Part shown: piece after piece, positions 38,780 through 48,817 of the stretch
Position numbering within the stretch: the stretch's first letter is position 1
Layout: every line of letters begins with the position of its first letter
NCBI GenBank assembly: GCA_043814765.1
Contig: JBDRJQ010000028.1
Span: forward strand, 1 to 64,000
Length of the DNA stretch: 64,000 bases
Origin: Nanobdellota archaeon
GTDB lineage: Archaea > Aenigmatarchaeota > Aenigmatarchaeia > QMZP01
Reading direction: 5' to 3'
Notes under the pieces: model-generated
Databases searched by the model: none
What the model saw: the letters and a program-made list of their open reading frames with translations, nothing else
Told to the model about the DNA's origin: nothing
Made by a program: the position numbers and the translations under genes

Positions 38780-38973
38780 AGCCTCGGGAGGGATTGTCAT
38801 AAACCCTTTTCATGCTCTGGAAGCGCGTGCGCTCCTTTTGGATTAAACCTTTTCTGAAAAAGGTTTATATTGAACCCCCAACCTTCTGATCTCATGAAGT
38901 CATAGCCTAAAAAGGCTCTTCAGATCAGTTGACTTTTACAAGTCAGATGCTCTACCGATTGAGCTACCGAGGC
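38780..38973 (-). tRNA. tRNA-Thr(UGU) with two introns (38891-38936 at 37/38; 38794-38868 at 59/60)
   Basis: Exons GCCTCGGTAGCTCAATCGGTAGAGCATCTGACTTGTA | ATCAGAAGGTTGGGGGTTCAAT | TCCCTCCCGAGGC-T. BHB central helices CTTG/CATG and TTCA/TGAC, each with one mismatch. Confidence 0.9.
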
Positions 38974-39024
38974 ATACACATTTGTTGTTAATTGGTATTT
39001 TAATTCTTTTCTATAATAATAAAC

Positions 39025-39408
39025 ATGGTTATTAGTGAAATAGTGGGTATGTTCACTCAAATTGCACAGCTGAATATAGTACTGCTTTTAGCACTTCTTT
39101 TTATATTTGTTTTTGTAGCCTACAAGCTCCTGAAAGTTTTAATGAAAGCAATGATTTTCGGTGTTTTAGGCGCTGTATTTCCGTTCTTTGCGACTTATGT
39201 TGGAATCAGCATTCCGTTAACAATCACAAACATTATATGGTTTGCATTGCTAGGAGTAATGGCATACATAATGTACGCTATTCTTATGGGCGGTGTAAAA
39301 ACATTAAAGCTTGTTACCAGCCCTTTCAGGGGAATGTTCAAAACTAAGCATAAAGAGAAAATAATAATACGCGAGCAGGTTCCGGTTGAAAGGAAAAAGA
39401 GACGTTAA
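39025..39408 (+). CDS. Membrane protein (about 3 TM)
   Basis: Hydrophobic helices and basic C-tail. Confidence 0.75.
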   Translation: MVISEIVGMFTQIAQLNIVLLLALLFIFVFVAYKLLKVLMKAMIFGVLGAVFPFFATYVGISIPLTITNIIWFALLGVMAYIMYAILMGGVKTLKLVTSPFRGMFKTKHKEKIIIREQVPVERKKRR

Positions 39409-39409
39409 T

Positions 39410-40066
39410 TTAAACTATAGGACCAAGACCAGAACCGCTGTTTGCTCCGGATTGGTTTGCTGGATACGGCTCAATAAGTTCTTCTTTCTTGAAATCTGTT
39501 CCTCTTTGCAGTTTTATCAGTGCATAGAGATTGAATTTGTTTAAAATCATGTTAGTCATGTTAGTGTCTGTTCCATCAAATATCAGAGTCATGTTGAATG
39601 TGAGTGGTGTTGTGCCGTTTGCTATTTCAAATTCTGCTGACTTGGTTTCATTAAATGTAACATTAATATCTTGTGAAGTCTCGTTTGCTGTTACATTAAC
39701 AGTGACATTATAGTCCAAAAAGTTGCCTATGCTAACATTCAAAGTGTATGTGGCCAGATTTTGATCAAAATCAACATTATCCGTAACAACCCATAGAGTT
39801 GAAAAATTTAGAAAATACAGCGATTCATCCAAATAACGGGTGAAATTGCTTAGCACCTCAATAGGCCTGCTCTCATTTATTCCAAGATTAAGCGCATATG
39901 AGAGTTCGGTTTCTATGTTTTCATGTATATAGCCCAGATCCCCTGTCTCAGGATAAATAAAAGGCTTCCCAAACTGCAGTCCGATATAAAACATAGTTAT
40001 GATTATAAACGCTCCCAAAAGGAAGAACTGCCCTTTCATTTTTTTATTTCGCATCATTTTTACCAA
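39410..40066 (-). CDS. Pilin-like protein (class III signal peptide)
   Basis: KG/QFFLLGAFII; dense N-x-T sequons. Confidence 0.75.
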   Translation of the reverse strand: MVKMMRNKKMKGQFFLLGAFIIITMFYIGLQFGKPFIYPETGDLGYIHENIETELSYALNLGINESRPIEVLSNFTRYLDESLYFLNFSTLWVVTDNVDFDQNLATYTLNVSIGNFLDYNVTVNVTANETSQDINVTFNETKSAEFEIANGTTPLTFNMTLIFDGTDTNMTNMILNKFNLYALIKLQRGTDFKKEELIEPYPANQSGANSGSGLGPIV

Positions 40067-40428
40067 ATAAACAATCTAACTGTATGCGGAGAATATGCTT
40101 TATAGCCGCTTATAACATAAGTGCCTACCCACACATTGCTTGCGTTTGGTGTTGAACCAACACAGGTGTTTTCATAGTCGCATATCTGAATGCTGTGATT
40201 ATATCTGTAAAGGATAACATTGTTGTTAATAGCATTGTAATTGCTGTTGACAGCGTTCTCTCTTAGAAGCTCACGATTGTCCAAACTTCTCAAAAGATTG
40301 TAAGCTGTTTCATCTAAATCTTCTGGAGCAGTTGAAAGATCCTGCTGCTGAAAACTTATTACTAAAAGAAACGTGATAATAGTAATTGCTGCTATAAAAA
40401 CTTCAAGTGTGTAAAGATAACCCCGCAT
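40060..40428 (-). CDS. Pilin-like protein (class III signal peptide)
   Basis: MRG/YLYTLEVFIAA. Confidence 0.75.
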   Translation of the reverse strand: MRGYLYTLEVFIAAITIITFLLVISFQQQDLSTAPEDLDETAYNLLRSLDNRELLRENAVNSNYNAINNNVILYRYNHSIQICDYENTCVGSTPNASNVWVGTYVISGYKAYSPHTVRLFIW

Positions 40429-40492
40429 AAATTATATTTGGTTGGACCGGAATAAAAATCGAAAGTTATCCATCACTTAAGTGAGGATGTTT

Positions 40493-41509
40493 TTAAACTT
40501 TAAATCTGGTAAGTGCTGCAATACCGCCAATGTTCAATAACTTCTCTCCGCTTTCATGTCCTGACGATATTATCATTATTGTCCCCTTTTGCTGTTCTGC
40601 TCTTACCATGAAGTCTTCATACAGTTCCAGTTTTTCCTGAGAAACAAGCAGCATATCTACAGCTCCTATTACAATTGCTTTTTCAACCTCATTTCTTCCG
40701 TAGACTGCGTTGCCATCTGTAGCCATTCTCGTGAACAGGTCCTCAACTATCTCTGTTTCTGTTGCTATTCGCGTTTCACGGATTACATTGTTAGCAGAGC
40801 GCTGGATAACCTCCTGAACACCCCTCATGCCAGTTGTTGAACTGCTGTCTAAATGAATCTTCTTTGCAATTTTAGGATTTTTCTCCTTTATGAAATTGAA
40901 AAGGTTTTCCCTCTCAAAACCAGGTCCTGCAACAATCACATACTCGTATCCTGATTCTATGTACTTTTCCAGAGCATTCATAGTTTCCTTGTAGTAATCT
41001 TTGCGTTTTTCATCAGCAAGCCCTTTTTGGGCATGAACTGTTCCAAACCACTCTATGCCAGACGACTTCAGAACAGCAAAATTTGCTTCTTCTCTGTCCA
41101 GCACGCATATGAGAATAGGTTCTTGCTCCTTCCGCGCTCTGTTTATTCTGTCAACATGATGCGGTTTGAATCTGGTTTTTTCTAGATTAACTACCATGTC
41201 AGGCTCAAGTGTTATCGTGTGATAGGAATGAAGCTGTATGTCTTCAGGGCCTTTCTCAATCTGCCCTGAAACCCTGAGCAAATGAACACTTGCATCCCTT
41301 TCCATTTTTTCAACTTTTATGGTTAAAATAATTTTTCTTCTTTCTCCCTGGATTATCTCTGATCCTCTTTTAATCACTGTTTTTCTAGTAGTCTGAGCAG
41401 TGAGCAAATCTCCAGGCTCTATTATTTGCTGCATATGCCAGAGATCATCTACGGTTTCAATACCAAGCTTAGCAAAATTCGTTTTCAGGTCAAGAGTGAA
41501 TATTCGCAT
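40493..41509 (-). CDS. pelA: Pelota (ribosome rescue factor)
   Basis: DDLWH, T.RK, LRVSG.I, YHT, AGPGF, GGIAALTRF. Confidence 0.95.
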   Translation of the reverse strand: MRIFTLDLKTNFAKLGIETVDDLWHMQQIIEPGDLLTAQTTRKTVIKRGSEIIQGERRKIILTIKVEKMERDASVHLLRVSGQIEKGPEDIQLHSYHTITLEPDMVVNLEKTRFKPHHVDRINRARKEQEPILICVLDREEANFAVLKSSGIEWFGTVHAQKGLADEKRKDYYKETMNALEKYIESGYEYVIVAGPGFERENLFNFIKEKNPKIAKKIHLDSSSTTGMRGVQEVIQRSANNVIRETRIATETEIVEDLFTRMATDGNAVYGRNEVEKAIVIGAVDMLLVSQEKLELYEDFMVRAEQQKGTIMIISSGHESGEKLLNIGGIAALTRFKV

Positions 41510-41613
41510 AATGATATATTAGATATTTAAAATCTTAAAAGAAAAGATTGTTATGGAAAGGTCTTTTGTTTTGAGATTCAGACCTTTTGCATAAATTATG
41601 GAGAAAGAGCTAA

Positions 41614-42756
41614 ATGGACGATTTTATGTGGGTTTTAGCAGCCGCATTCCTTATTCTTATAGCAATGTTCTTTGTTTCCTTCATTCCTGGCATTGGTTTG
41701 ACAGGAGGGGAAGATCTAATAGAAGTGGATACTTTTAGAGTAGGTGCTGTTGGCCGTGTCTCACAATTTCCTACAAGCACTATAGATCTGGGCTCCTTTA
41801 CAGTTGGTGAAACCCAGACAGAGCTGCTGAAAGCTGTTCCTATGATGACTGTTTATTCAGGTTTGGGCGGAGCAGAATCAAAGAAATATGAGATAAACAT
41901 ACCTGAAGGTTTTGGTGATTTAGCAAAAAGGGAAGCAGTTGCAATAAACTTTGATGTTTCTGAGAGCAATCTTTATGGAGACCTTGTTGTTAAGTGGAAT
42001 GGAAAGGAATTCATGAGAAAGAGAGCTTCACCAAGACAGTACACTATAGTTATTCCAAAGGAATTTGTAAAGGCCTCGAACAACATAGAAATCTATCCAG
42101 AGGGGCCTGGCTTGATTTTTTGGGCATCAACAACATACACAATAAAGAACTTTGATATTGCATTGAATTATGGACCTTCGAAAATATTCTCATTCCAACT
42201 GAATCAGGATGAGATAGAGTCTTGGTTAAAGGGAAGGGTTGATTTCTTTGCAACCAGCCAGAGCGGTGAAGCAGCAAGCAAACTGATAATAAAGGTTAAC
42301 GGAGATGAAATATACTCTGTTAAACCAGATGGCAGCGGTCTTGTAGAGTTTGGATACTCTGATGCTCCTATATTACTAGGCGACAACCTGTTAACATTCG
42401 CTGCACAGGATGATACCATAATAATGAACGGTGTAAAGCTAAAGATGTTCCTAACAACATCAGAGCTTATAAAAACTTTTAACTTCAAAATGGATGATGC
42501 TCAAATAAATTTAATCAGTTCTGGAGTATACAAACCAAAAGTCAGGTTCTATATAGAACAGATAGCATCAGGCGGAACGCTTGACATAAAAGTTAACGGC
42601 AATGCAAGACAGATAAGCGCAATGGTAACAGGGCCAAACAATTTCTATATCCCAGAATCCTATCTGAGCAATGGAGCCAACATAATAGAGTTCAGTGGCA
42701 CAGGCAGCTGGTACATAGGCTCAGCAACAATAGAACTGGAAAAAGTTGAAGTGTGA
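41614..42756 (+). CDS. N-anchored beta-rich surface protein (about three repeated beta-sandwich units)
   Basis: N-terminal TM; recurring L.VK.NG...N.IE/LTF pattern. Confidence 0.75.
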   Translation: MDDFMWVLAAAFLILIAMFFVSFIPGIGLTGGEDLIEVDTFRVGAVGRVSQFPTSTIDLGSFTVGETQTELLKAVPMMTVYSGLGGAESKKYEINIPEGFGDLAKREAVAINFDVSESNLYGDLVVKWNGKEFMRKRASPRQYTIVIPKEFVKASNNIEIYPEGPGLIFWASTTYTIKNFDIALNYGPSKIFSFQLNQDEIESWLKGRVDFFATSQSGEAASKLIIKVNGDEIYSVKPDGSGLVEFGYSDAPILLGDNLLTFAAQDDTIIMNGVKLKMFLTTSELIKTFNFKMDDAQINLISSGVYKPKVRFYIEQIASGGTLDIKVNGNARQISAMVTGPNNFYIPESYLSNGANIIEFSGTGSWYIGSATIELEKVEV

Positions 42757-42803
42757 TTTGCAACAATTTATACGCTGAGAACTAATTATTAATTAAGAAT
42801 TTT

Positions 42804-44915
42804 ATGGTACCAAAAGAATACAAGGTCTCTGGCAGAGGTAGGAAACTATCAGAATTTGGAAAAATTGGAAGCAATGAAAGAAAAGATTTAATGAGAATTC
42901 TTAAATCTGACATTAATGCATATATTATTTTTAGGGAAGAATTTTATGGCGGTATACCACAAAGAGACTGGATGAGATTATCAAAGACAGAAAGAATAAA
43001 AAAATTAAGAGAAATGAAAAAATACATTAATGATTTTGATGCACATTTAGAAAAAGGAGAAGAATTGGCTCACAATATTAATAAAGCTCTTGCAGCAGCA
43101 GGCTACACTATAACAGATGCTCTGCAAGGAGTTGAGTATTTTATTACACAGTTCAGTGTAAGAAAAGAGGGTGAATTGGGAGGAAAATTAAAAGAGAGTA
43201 AAGTCAAAAAGTTTAAATCAGAATCCAGACCAACTGAAAAATATGATTTATGGGTTTATGTTGACCATCCAAATTTTGGTGAAGTTTCTGTTGAAGCCCC
43301 TGATCCAAAACCATCCACAAAAACAAAACAAATCTATAAGGATATACCAAACAGAACAGGAATAAGATTAGAAGCCACTCCGATGAAAGGGTATGAATTT
43401 GATAGGTGGTTTTCAGATTATATTAAAATATCAGACTCAACCAATTCTTTACTAAAATTCACTATAAATTCTCATGCAAAAATTAGTGCAATTTTTAAAA
43501 AGGGAGAGAATCCTTCATCACCACCTACGCCTCCTTCTTCAAAAAAAGGCAAGATAAAAATCACGGTCTCTGGTAAGACGACAATAAGGCCTCTAAAATC
43601 AGTAAGGCTAAGGGTTAATGTGATGTCTATTGATTATCCTTACGATGAAGAAATATGGGTCGTAATAAAAGCCATTAGCCCGCATCTTCGTGCATATATT
43701 GTTGGTCCTGACGGCAGAACTCTAGGGGATTATATATCAGGCAAACCACCGCTTCATTTGGATTTACTTGTTGTTGCAGGAGAAGACCTACCTAAAGGTG
43801 AACATGAAGTAGTTATTGAAGCAACCGACAAGTATGCTAAATTGCATTTAGCAGAATCCAGAACTATGCTAGATTTTGAGGGTGGCGGAAGCACTGTTTC
43901 AGGTCCTGGTCCAGGTCCAGGCATGGTTGGTCCAGACGAAAATAAAGAATACTACTTAACAGTTGTTTTCAAAAATACCAGTTCTAAAGATAGGAGTGGC
44001 GATAAAAATAGTCGAAGGGTGCTTTACAGTGCTGAAGGACATAGCACAAAAATTGGTGGCTGGCCACCAATTAAGAGACTGGGACCATATCCGGAAGGTA
44101 CAATAGTGGGGCTCACTGCCAGACCAGAAGATGAGTTTGATCATTGGAGCGGAGCTGATGCGCACACTGACGCTCATGCGTCTATTGAATTGAACAAGAA
44201 CAGAAAAATTACTGCAATTTTTAATGGAAAGGATAAAGACGACAATGATAATAAAGCAAAAAAAATAACAGACAAGGTTATTGACAACACATGGATAGAG
44301 GGGTGGCGCGGATCAGGTAACCCGATAACCAGAATTGTGGGCTTGATAATTTTCTTTGTTGTAGGCGCCACACTATCTGCTATAATGAGCAGTGCATGGT
44401 TCTTTGCCGCATTTTCACTCTGGGCGTTTTATCTGATGATACCAAGCGGTGTAGACGAACTGGATCATGAAATAAATAAAATAGACAGACGTTATGAAAA
44501 ACGCAGACTGGATTATAAAAAGAAGATAGTATTTTTAAGAAGAAGGAGAGGCAGACTTGAAGAAAGACTTTCTAGAGCACAAGTTGGACATCAAGCATAT
44601 CTTTTATCACGAATAAGAGATATTAATCAAGACATAGACAATCTGCAGAGAGACATACATAATTTAACACTAAAGAGAAACGCATCTACGCAACAAACCG
44701 TTTTAAGCAGAGGCAGAACAGAAGGATCATATGGAGCACGCAGTGCTGGAATAAGAAGCAGACTTTGGATATCCAGCATTTTGAAGATGGGTGCATTTAT
44801 ATCCACTGTTATGGGATTTTTATCAAGCACTATTCCATTAGCCCAACCTATAGGTTTGATAATAGGATTTTTCTTGTATATGAGTTTAGGAGGAACCAGG
44901 GACATGCCTGAGTAG
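42804..44915 (+). CDS. Multidomain membrane protein with two InlB B-repeat-like domains, Pro/Gly linkers, TMs and a coiled coil
   Basis: IRLEATPMKGYEFDRW...ISAIF and VGLTARPEDEFDHWSG...ITAIF; C-terminal TM pairs flank an Arg-rich coiled coil. Confidence 0.7.
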   Translation: MVPKEYKVSGRGRKLSEFGKIGSNERKDLMRILKSDINAYIIFREEFYGGIPQRDWMRLSKTERIKKLREMKKYINDFDAHLEKGEELAHNINKALAAAGYTITDALQGVEYFITQFSVRKEGELGGKLKESKVKKFKSESRPTEKYDLWVYVDHPNFGEVSVEAPDPKPSTKTKQIYKDIPNRTGIRLEATPMKGYEFDRWFSDYIKISDSTNSLLKFTINSHAKISAIFKKGENPSSPPTPPSSKKGKIKITVSGKTTIRPLKSVRLRVNVMSIDYPYDEEIWVVIKAISPHLRAYIVGPDGRTLGDYISGKPPLHLDLLVVAGEDLPKGEHEVVIEATDKYAKLHLAESRTMLDFEGGGSTVSGPGPGPGMVGPDENKEYYLTVVFKNTSSKDRSGDKNSRRVLYSAEGHSTKIGGWPPIKRLGPYPEGTIVGLTARPEDEFDHWSGADAHTDAHASIELNKNRKITAIFNGKDKDDNDNKAKKITDKVIDNTWIEGWRGSGNPITRIVGLIIFFVVGATLSAIMSSAWFFAAFSLWAFYLMIPSGVDELDHEINKIDRRYEKRRLDYKKKIVFLRRRRGRLEERLSRAQVGHQAYLLSRIRDINQDIDNLQRDIHNLTLKRNASTQQTVLSRGRTEGSYGARSAGIRSRLWISSILKMGAFISTVMGFLSSTIPLAQPIGLIIGFFLYMSLGGTRDMPE

Positions 44916-44918
44916 AAT

Positions 44919-47129
44919 ATGGCCAGATATAGTTCACAAGAGCTTTGGAAACAGTGGCAAAAAGCAGTTGGTGGAGCATTATTAGCCCTTGCAGTGATGA
45001 TTGTTTTCAATCACTTTTTGATGGCGTTAATAGTGTTTACCTTCCTGTTCTTTATACCTGACCAGGATGAGGGCGCAGAGTTCATGAAGAACACTGTTAT
45101 TTTTGTAATTTTAATGGTAATTATATGGTTCTTTGCGTTCTTTGTGGGCGCACAATACGGAGGATTCCAGCTGGATATAGCAGAAGCAGGCGAGTCTGCT
45201 AATCCTTTGCTTCCGTGGACATGGACTGACACGTCTGCAATAATGTTCTTTGTATTCTGGTTATTTGCAGGCATTGTGGGAGCATTCGGTGATCCGGAAT
45301 CCAGACAGATAGTAGGCATATTCTTCATAATGATGAGTTTCTTTGTGTTTGCCAGCAGTGTGGGCGCAGAGAATGTCGGTTCAGCGTTCTTTGGTCAGTG
45401 GTGGCCACAGGTTCATGGTGTAATAATGGATGTATCCGGACCTCTGGAAGAATCGTTCAGCACATTATTTGGTACAATGCAGCAGATGTTTAAGCTAGTT
45501 TCAGATCCTGCCGGGTTCGCGCGTGATATGATAGAAGGTAACTATGCCGGCAATGATTATGGTCAGACCGGTTCTTACGGTGTTGAAATAAGCTTTGGAG
45601 CTCTCGATAAGCTTTTCCTTGGCCAGCCAGCATTCCTGGATATAACATTAAAAAATGAAGGCTCCTTCATAGCTGAAAACGTTGGCATAGGAATATCAAT
45701 ACCCAAAGAATATACGAATCAAATAACAAGCTCTCCATCTCTTGGTGAAATTGATAGAGACTACTTCAATCTTGTAGACTATTATGGATTCACTGAAAGT
45801 AATAATCCAGGAACAGAAAAATTAGAAATTGCAGAAGGTTCAGGTGTTTTTGATTGGAATGGCTTGTGGTGGTACAACCCAGGAGAAGTGATACTTTACA
45901 GGAATATTGGAGAAATGAAACACCAGGATGTTGTCAACCAGCCATTTAACGGAGAAATCAACTGTAATCCTATAGATAAATTCAACCTCAGAGAGAAATC
46001 GACGCCAATAAAGGCAACAGTTGCATATGATTACAAGGTTTTCTCAAACCTTAACATTGAATTTATTAGCGTGGATGAGTGGGACAGAAGAGTGAGAGAC
46101 AATGTTCTTGTACAGACCAAGATACCTTCAACTATTACAAGTGCTCCTATAAAACTTTCAATAAACACAAACAGCCAGCCTGTAAGACCTGATCAGATTT
46201 TCTATGTGGGTCTTGAGCTAAAGACAGAAGAGACCAACTCTGTCATTGATGATGCTGTAATAAAAATGACTTTCCCAGATGAATTCGGAGCCTCTACTGC
46301 CAGGTGCACTGGTGTAGGCGATTACGAGTTTAACAGCAATGAACTTATTTGGATGCCAACAAACATAGGAGCTGCACAATCTAAACCAATAGGAAAAGAG
46401 CCTGTAACGATAATCTGTACATTTTACGATGCTGATGAGAACGCAATACTAGGAACTTCACCAACAAACACATATAACCTAAAGGCAGAAGGAACATACA
46501 GATTCTATAAATGGATAACAAGAGTGCCAAAACTTACAATGGGGGACTTCTGCTGCAAAAATGAGGACTGCTCTTCTGACGGTACAGAAATTTGCAGTAA
46601 TAGTGCTAGTTATCCTCAACCAGGCTTCTGCGTGCCAGGAGATCCAAATAGTGCTAATGTTGATAATCCAATACCAGGAGCATGCGGTAACGGCATTATA
46701 AATTCTGGTGAAGACTGCGAAAGCGGACAAAACTTTCAAAATGTTTGTCCGAATGCAGGAGGATGGTTTGATAAAAGCGACCCAACAGGTGCTACAGGAC
46801 ATCCGATAGATACAGATATCATAAAGTTTAAATGCAATCTTAACGGACCTATAGGCGATATTAAAGCATGTGGATGTTATCACGAACCTTCTGATATTCC
46901 TGTTGCAACTGACACTAATGTATGCGGAAATGGGATTGTTGATGCAGGAGAAGAATGTGACGGCGGTCCATTAGCTGATTTTACTTCTAATGATAATTGG
47001 GTATGGAATGGTTGGGATACAGTAAAAGCAGATAATGGTTGTGGTATTCTACAATACTGTAAAATACCAATTGCAGGTGATTACAGTATTGGTAATGATA
47101 ATTCTGGTTGTAAATGTATTGATTTTTAA
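44919..47129 (+). CDS. Polytopic membrane protein with a large extracellular region and Cys-rich repeats
   Basis: About 4-5 N-terminal TMs; CGNGIINSGEDCE and CGNGIVDAGEECDGG repeats. Confidence 0.8.
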   Translation: MARYSSQELWKQWQKAVGGALLALAVMIVFNHFLMALIVFTFLFFIPDQDEGAEFMKNTVIFVILMVIIWFFAFFVGAQYGGFQLDIAEAGESANPLLPWTWTDTSAIMFFVFWLFAGIVGAFGDPESRQIVGIFFIMMSFFVFASSVGAENVGSAFFGQWWPQVHGVIMDVSGPLEESFSTLFGTMQQMFKLVSDPAGFARDMIEGNYAGNDYGQTGSYGVEISFGALDKLFLGQPAFLDITLKNEGSFIAENVGIGISIPKEYTNQITSSPSLGEIDRDYFNLVDYYGFTESNNPGTEKLEIAEGSGVFDWNGLWWYNPGEVILYRNIGEMKHQDVVNQPFNGEINCNPIDKFNLREKSTPIKATVAYDYKVFSNLNIEFISVDEWDRRVRDNVLVQTKIPSTITSAPIKLSINTNSQPVRPDQIFYVGLELKTEETNSVIDDAVIKMTFPDEFGASTARCTGVGDYEFNSNELIWMPTNIGAAQSKPIGKEPVTIICTFYDADENAILGTSPTNTYNLKAEGTYRFYKWITRVPKLTMGDFCCKNEDCSSDGTEICSNSASYPQPGFCVPGDPNSANVDNPIPGACGNGIINSGEDCESGQNFQNVCPNAGGWFDKSDPTGATGHPIDTDIIKFKCNLNGPIGDIKACGCYHEPSDIPVATDTNVCGNGIVDAGEECDGGPLADFTSNDNWVWNGWDTVKADNGCGILQYCKIPIAGDYSIGNDNSGCKCIDF

Positions 47130-48001
47130 ACCATTACTAGAAGTCTCAAAGCATCTCTCATTCCAGGCGCTAAGCCAAGTATTAGCACCACTATCTTTAG
47201 GAAGTTCTTGAAGTCTCCGTCTTCTGCATAGCGGTCAATTATGTAAAGAACTGGTATAACCACAACCAGTTTCAATAAGAACATAGAAGCTGGTCCCATA
47301 AAGTTTATAAGCAGTCTTGGTACGACATGCTGTTCTAAATAGCCAAACATTGACAGGGCAACAAATGTTGCGCTTGCATCAAGCATATGGGCAGACATTA
47401 TTCCGGCATTCTGCTTGTTCCAAAACTTCTTGATTTTATCTGGTTTTAGCTTGCTGAAATTCCTTTCAAAAAAGCCTGTTCTATAGAATCTATACTTGCC
47501 AAAAAACAGCAAAGTCCATAAAAGAGTCAAACTTATGACTATAGGAAAGCCTTCAAGGGCCATAATAGGCAAAAGATACACATTAAGCGCGCAGAGGACG
47601 ACGCCTGCACCAAACATGGCTTTCCAGTAGGGTAACTTTGCATGAGAGAGCTTCTGCACGAGCAGAGAGAGCAACAAAACCAACAGAGCCAGCGCAAAGG
47701 TTATTATATAGCTTCCTGGAGTCACGAAGAAAGGTGCTCCGTATATAGCGTTTAATTCTGGCGTCATCAGAGCTCCTGCAGTGGCAGCATCCTTTAGAAC
47801 CCGGGTGCTGGAACCCCAGAATATGAAAGGCAATATCGCAATGAAGAAGTGCTTGTCTATGTGTATGTTCATTTTCTTGAGCATCTTATAGACTAGGAAA
47901 ACAGCTACAATCAGTATTAATGAATATGTTATTGTGTTGATTGGATTGTACCAACCATTTTGCAGCATTGGCTCGACAAACCAATCATAAAAACCAGCCA
48001 T
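47126..48001 (-). CDS. DUF63-family membrane protein
   Basis: YNPINT, RVLKD, FVTPG, AHMLDASAT, YLEQHVV, LGLAPG.RD.LR. Confidence 0.88.
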   Translation of the reverse strand: MAGFYDWFVEPMLQNGWYNPINTITYSLILIVAVFLVYKMLKKMNIHIDKHFFIAILPFIFWGSSTRVLKDAATAGALMTPELNAIYGAPFFVTPGSYIITFALALLVLLLSLLVQKLSHAKLPYWKAMFGAGVVLCALNVYLLPIMALEGFPIVISLTLLWTLLFFGKYRFYRTGFFERNFSKLKPDKIKKFWNKQNAGIMSAHMLDASATFVALSMFGYLEQHVVPRLLINFMGPASMFLLKLVVVIPVLYIIDRYAEDGDFKNFLKIVVLILGLAPGMRDALRLLVMV

Positions 48002-48112
48002 AGCAACCTTTTCCTTAAAACCTACCTAAAAGTCTGCACTCAAAAACGCAAACTTTCTATAAAATAACATAGAATAAAGCTATTAATAAATAAACTATGT
48101 GAAAAGTATATC

Positions 48113-48652
48113 ATGTCCTTAGATATCATAAACGAAAAAGAGCTTCAAAGATCTCTTTTCGAGTACGGCCCCAAGAGATATTACTTGCGAGACGAAATTC
48201 CTATGCCAAAAATTAGCGATTCTGCTAAAGGTAATGAAAGCATAGTCTACAAAGCTTGGAGCAACATACTTGATTTTTGCCAAAGAAACATAGGCTACAT
48301 ACCAGATGGCATAGAAGATGTTGAAATAACATTCGAACCGCTAAAAAAATACTACACAGAAATGGTTTGGGAACCGCTGATTAGAGGGTATGACAAATGG
48401 ATTCGCGTACCTGCCATGAGAGTTTTAGGTTTATTCAATATTGAGAATGAAGATGTTCACGTGGACCCAAACGCTCCAAACCCAGAAGCAACACTGTTTC
48501 ACGAGTTCTACCACTGGCTACAGAAGAAAACAGGAGAAATGGGTTATTTGATGGATAAACTAGGAGATTATGCAAGAGTTCCTATAGAGATGAAAACTGA
48601 ACTGGCTACGCAGATCTATTATCCCAATCGAAAGGGATTTTACTTGGATTAA
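48113..48652 (+). CDS. HExxH zincin-like protein
   Basis: TLFHEFYHWLQ...IE. Confidence 0.7.
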   Translation: MSLDIINEKELQRSLFEYGPKRYYLRDEIPMPKISDSAKGNESIVYKAWSNILDFCQRNIGYIPDGIEDVEITFEPLKKYYTEMVWEPLIRGYDKWIRVPAMRVLGLFNIENEDVHVDPNAPNPEATLFHEFYHWLQKKTGEMGYLMDKLGDYARVPIEMKTELATQIYYPNRKGFYLD

Positions 48653-48817
48653 CCATATGCCTAATGCTAAACACTATTTTCAACAACAAGCGCGCCTCTA
48701 AAAGCTTTTAGGTAAGCTACACCTATATATTGTATATAGATTTGACCCCATAAAAGGTGTTATATGTACGATATGCTTGTTCGTAAGAAGCTTTTGAAGA
48801 TACAGGAAAGATTAGGC

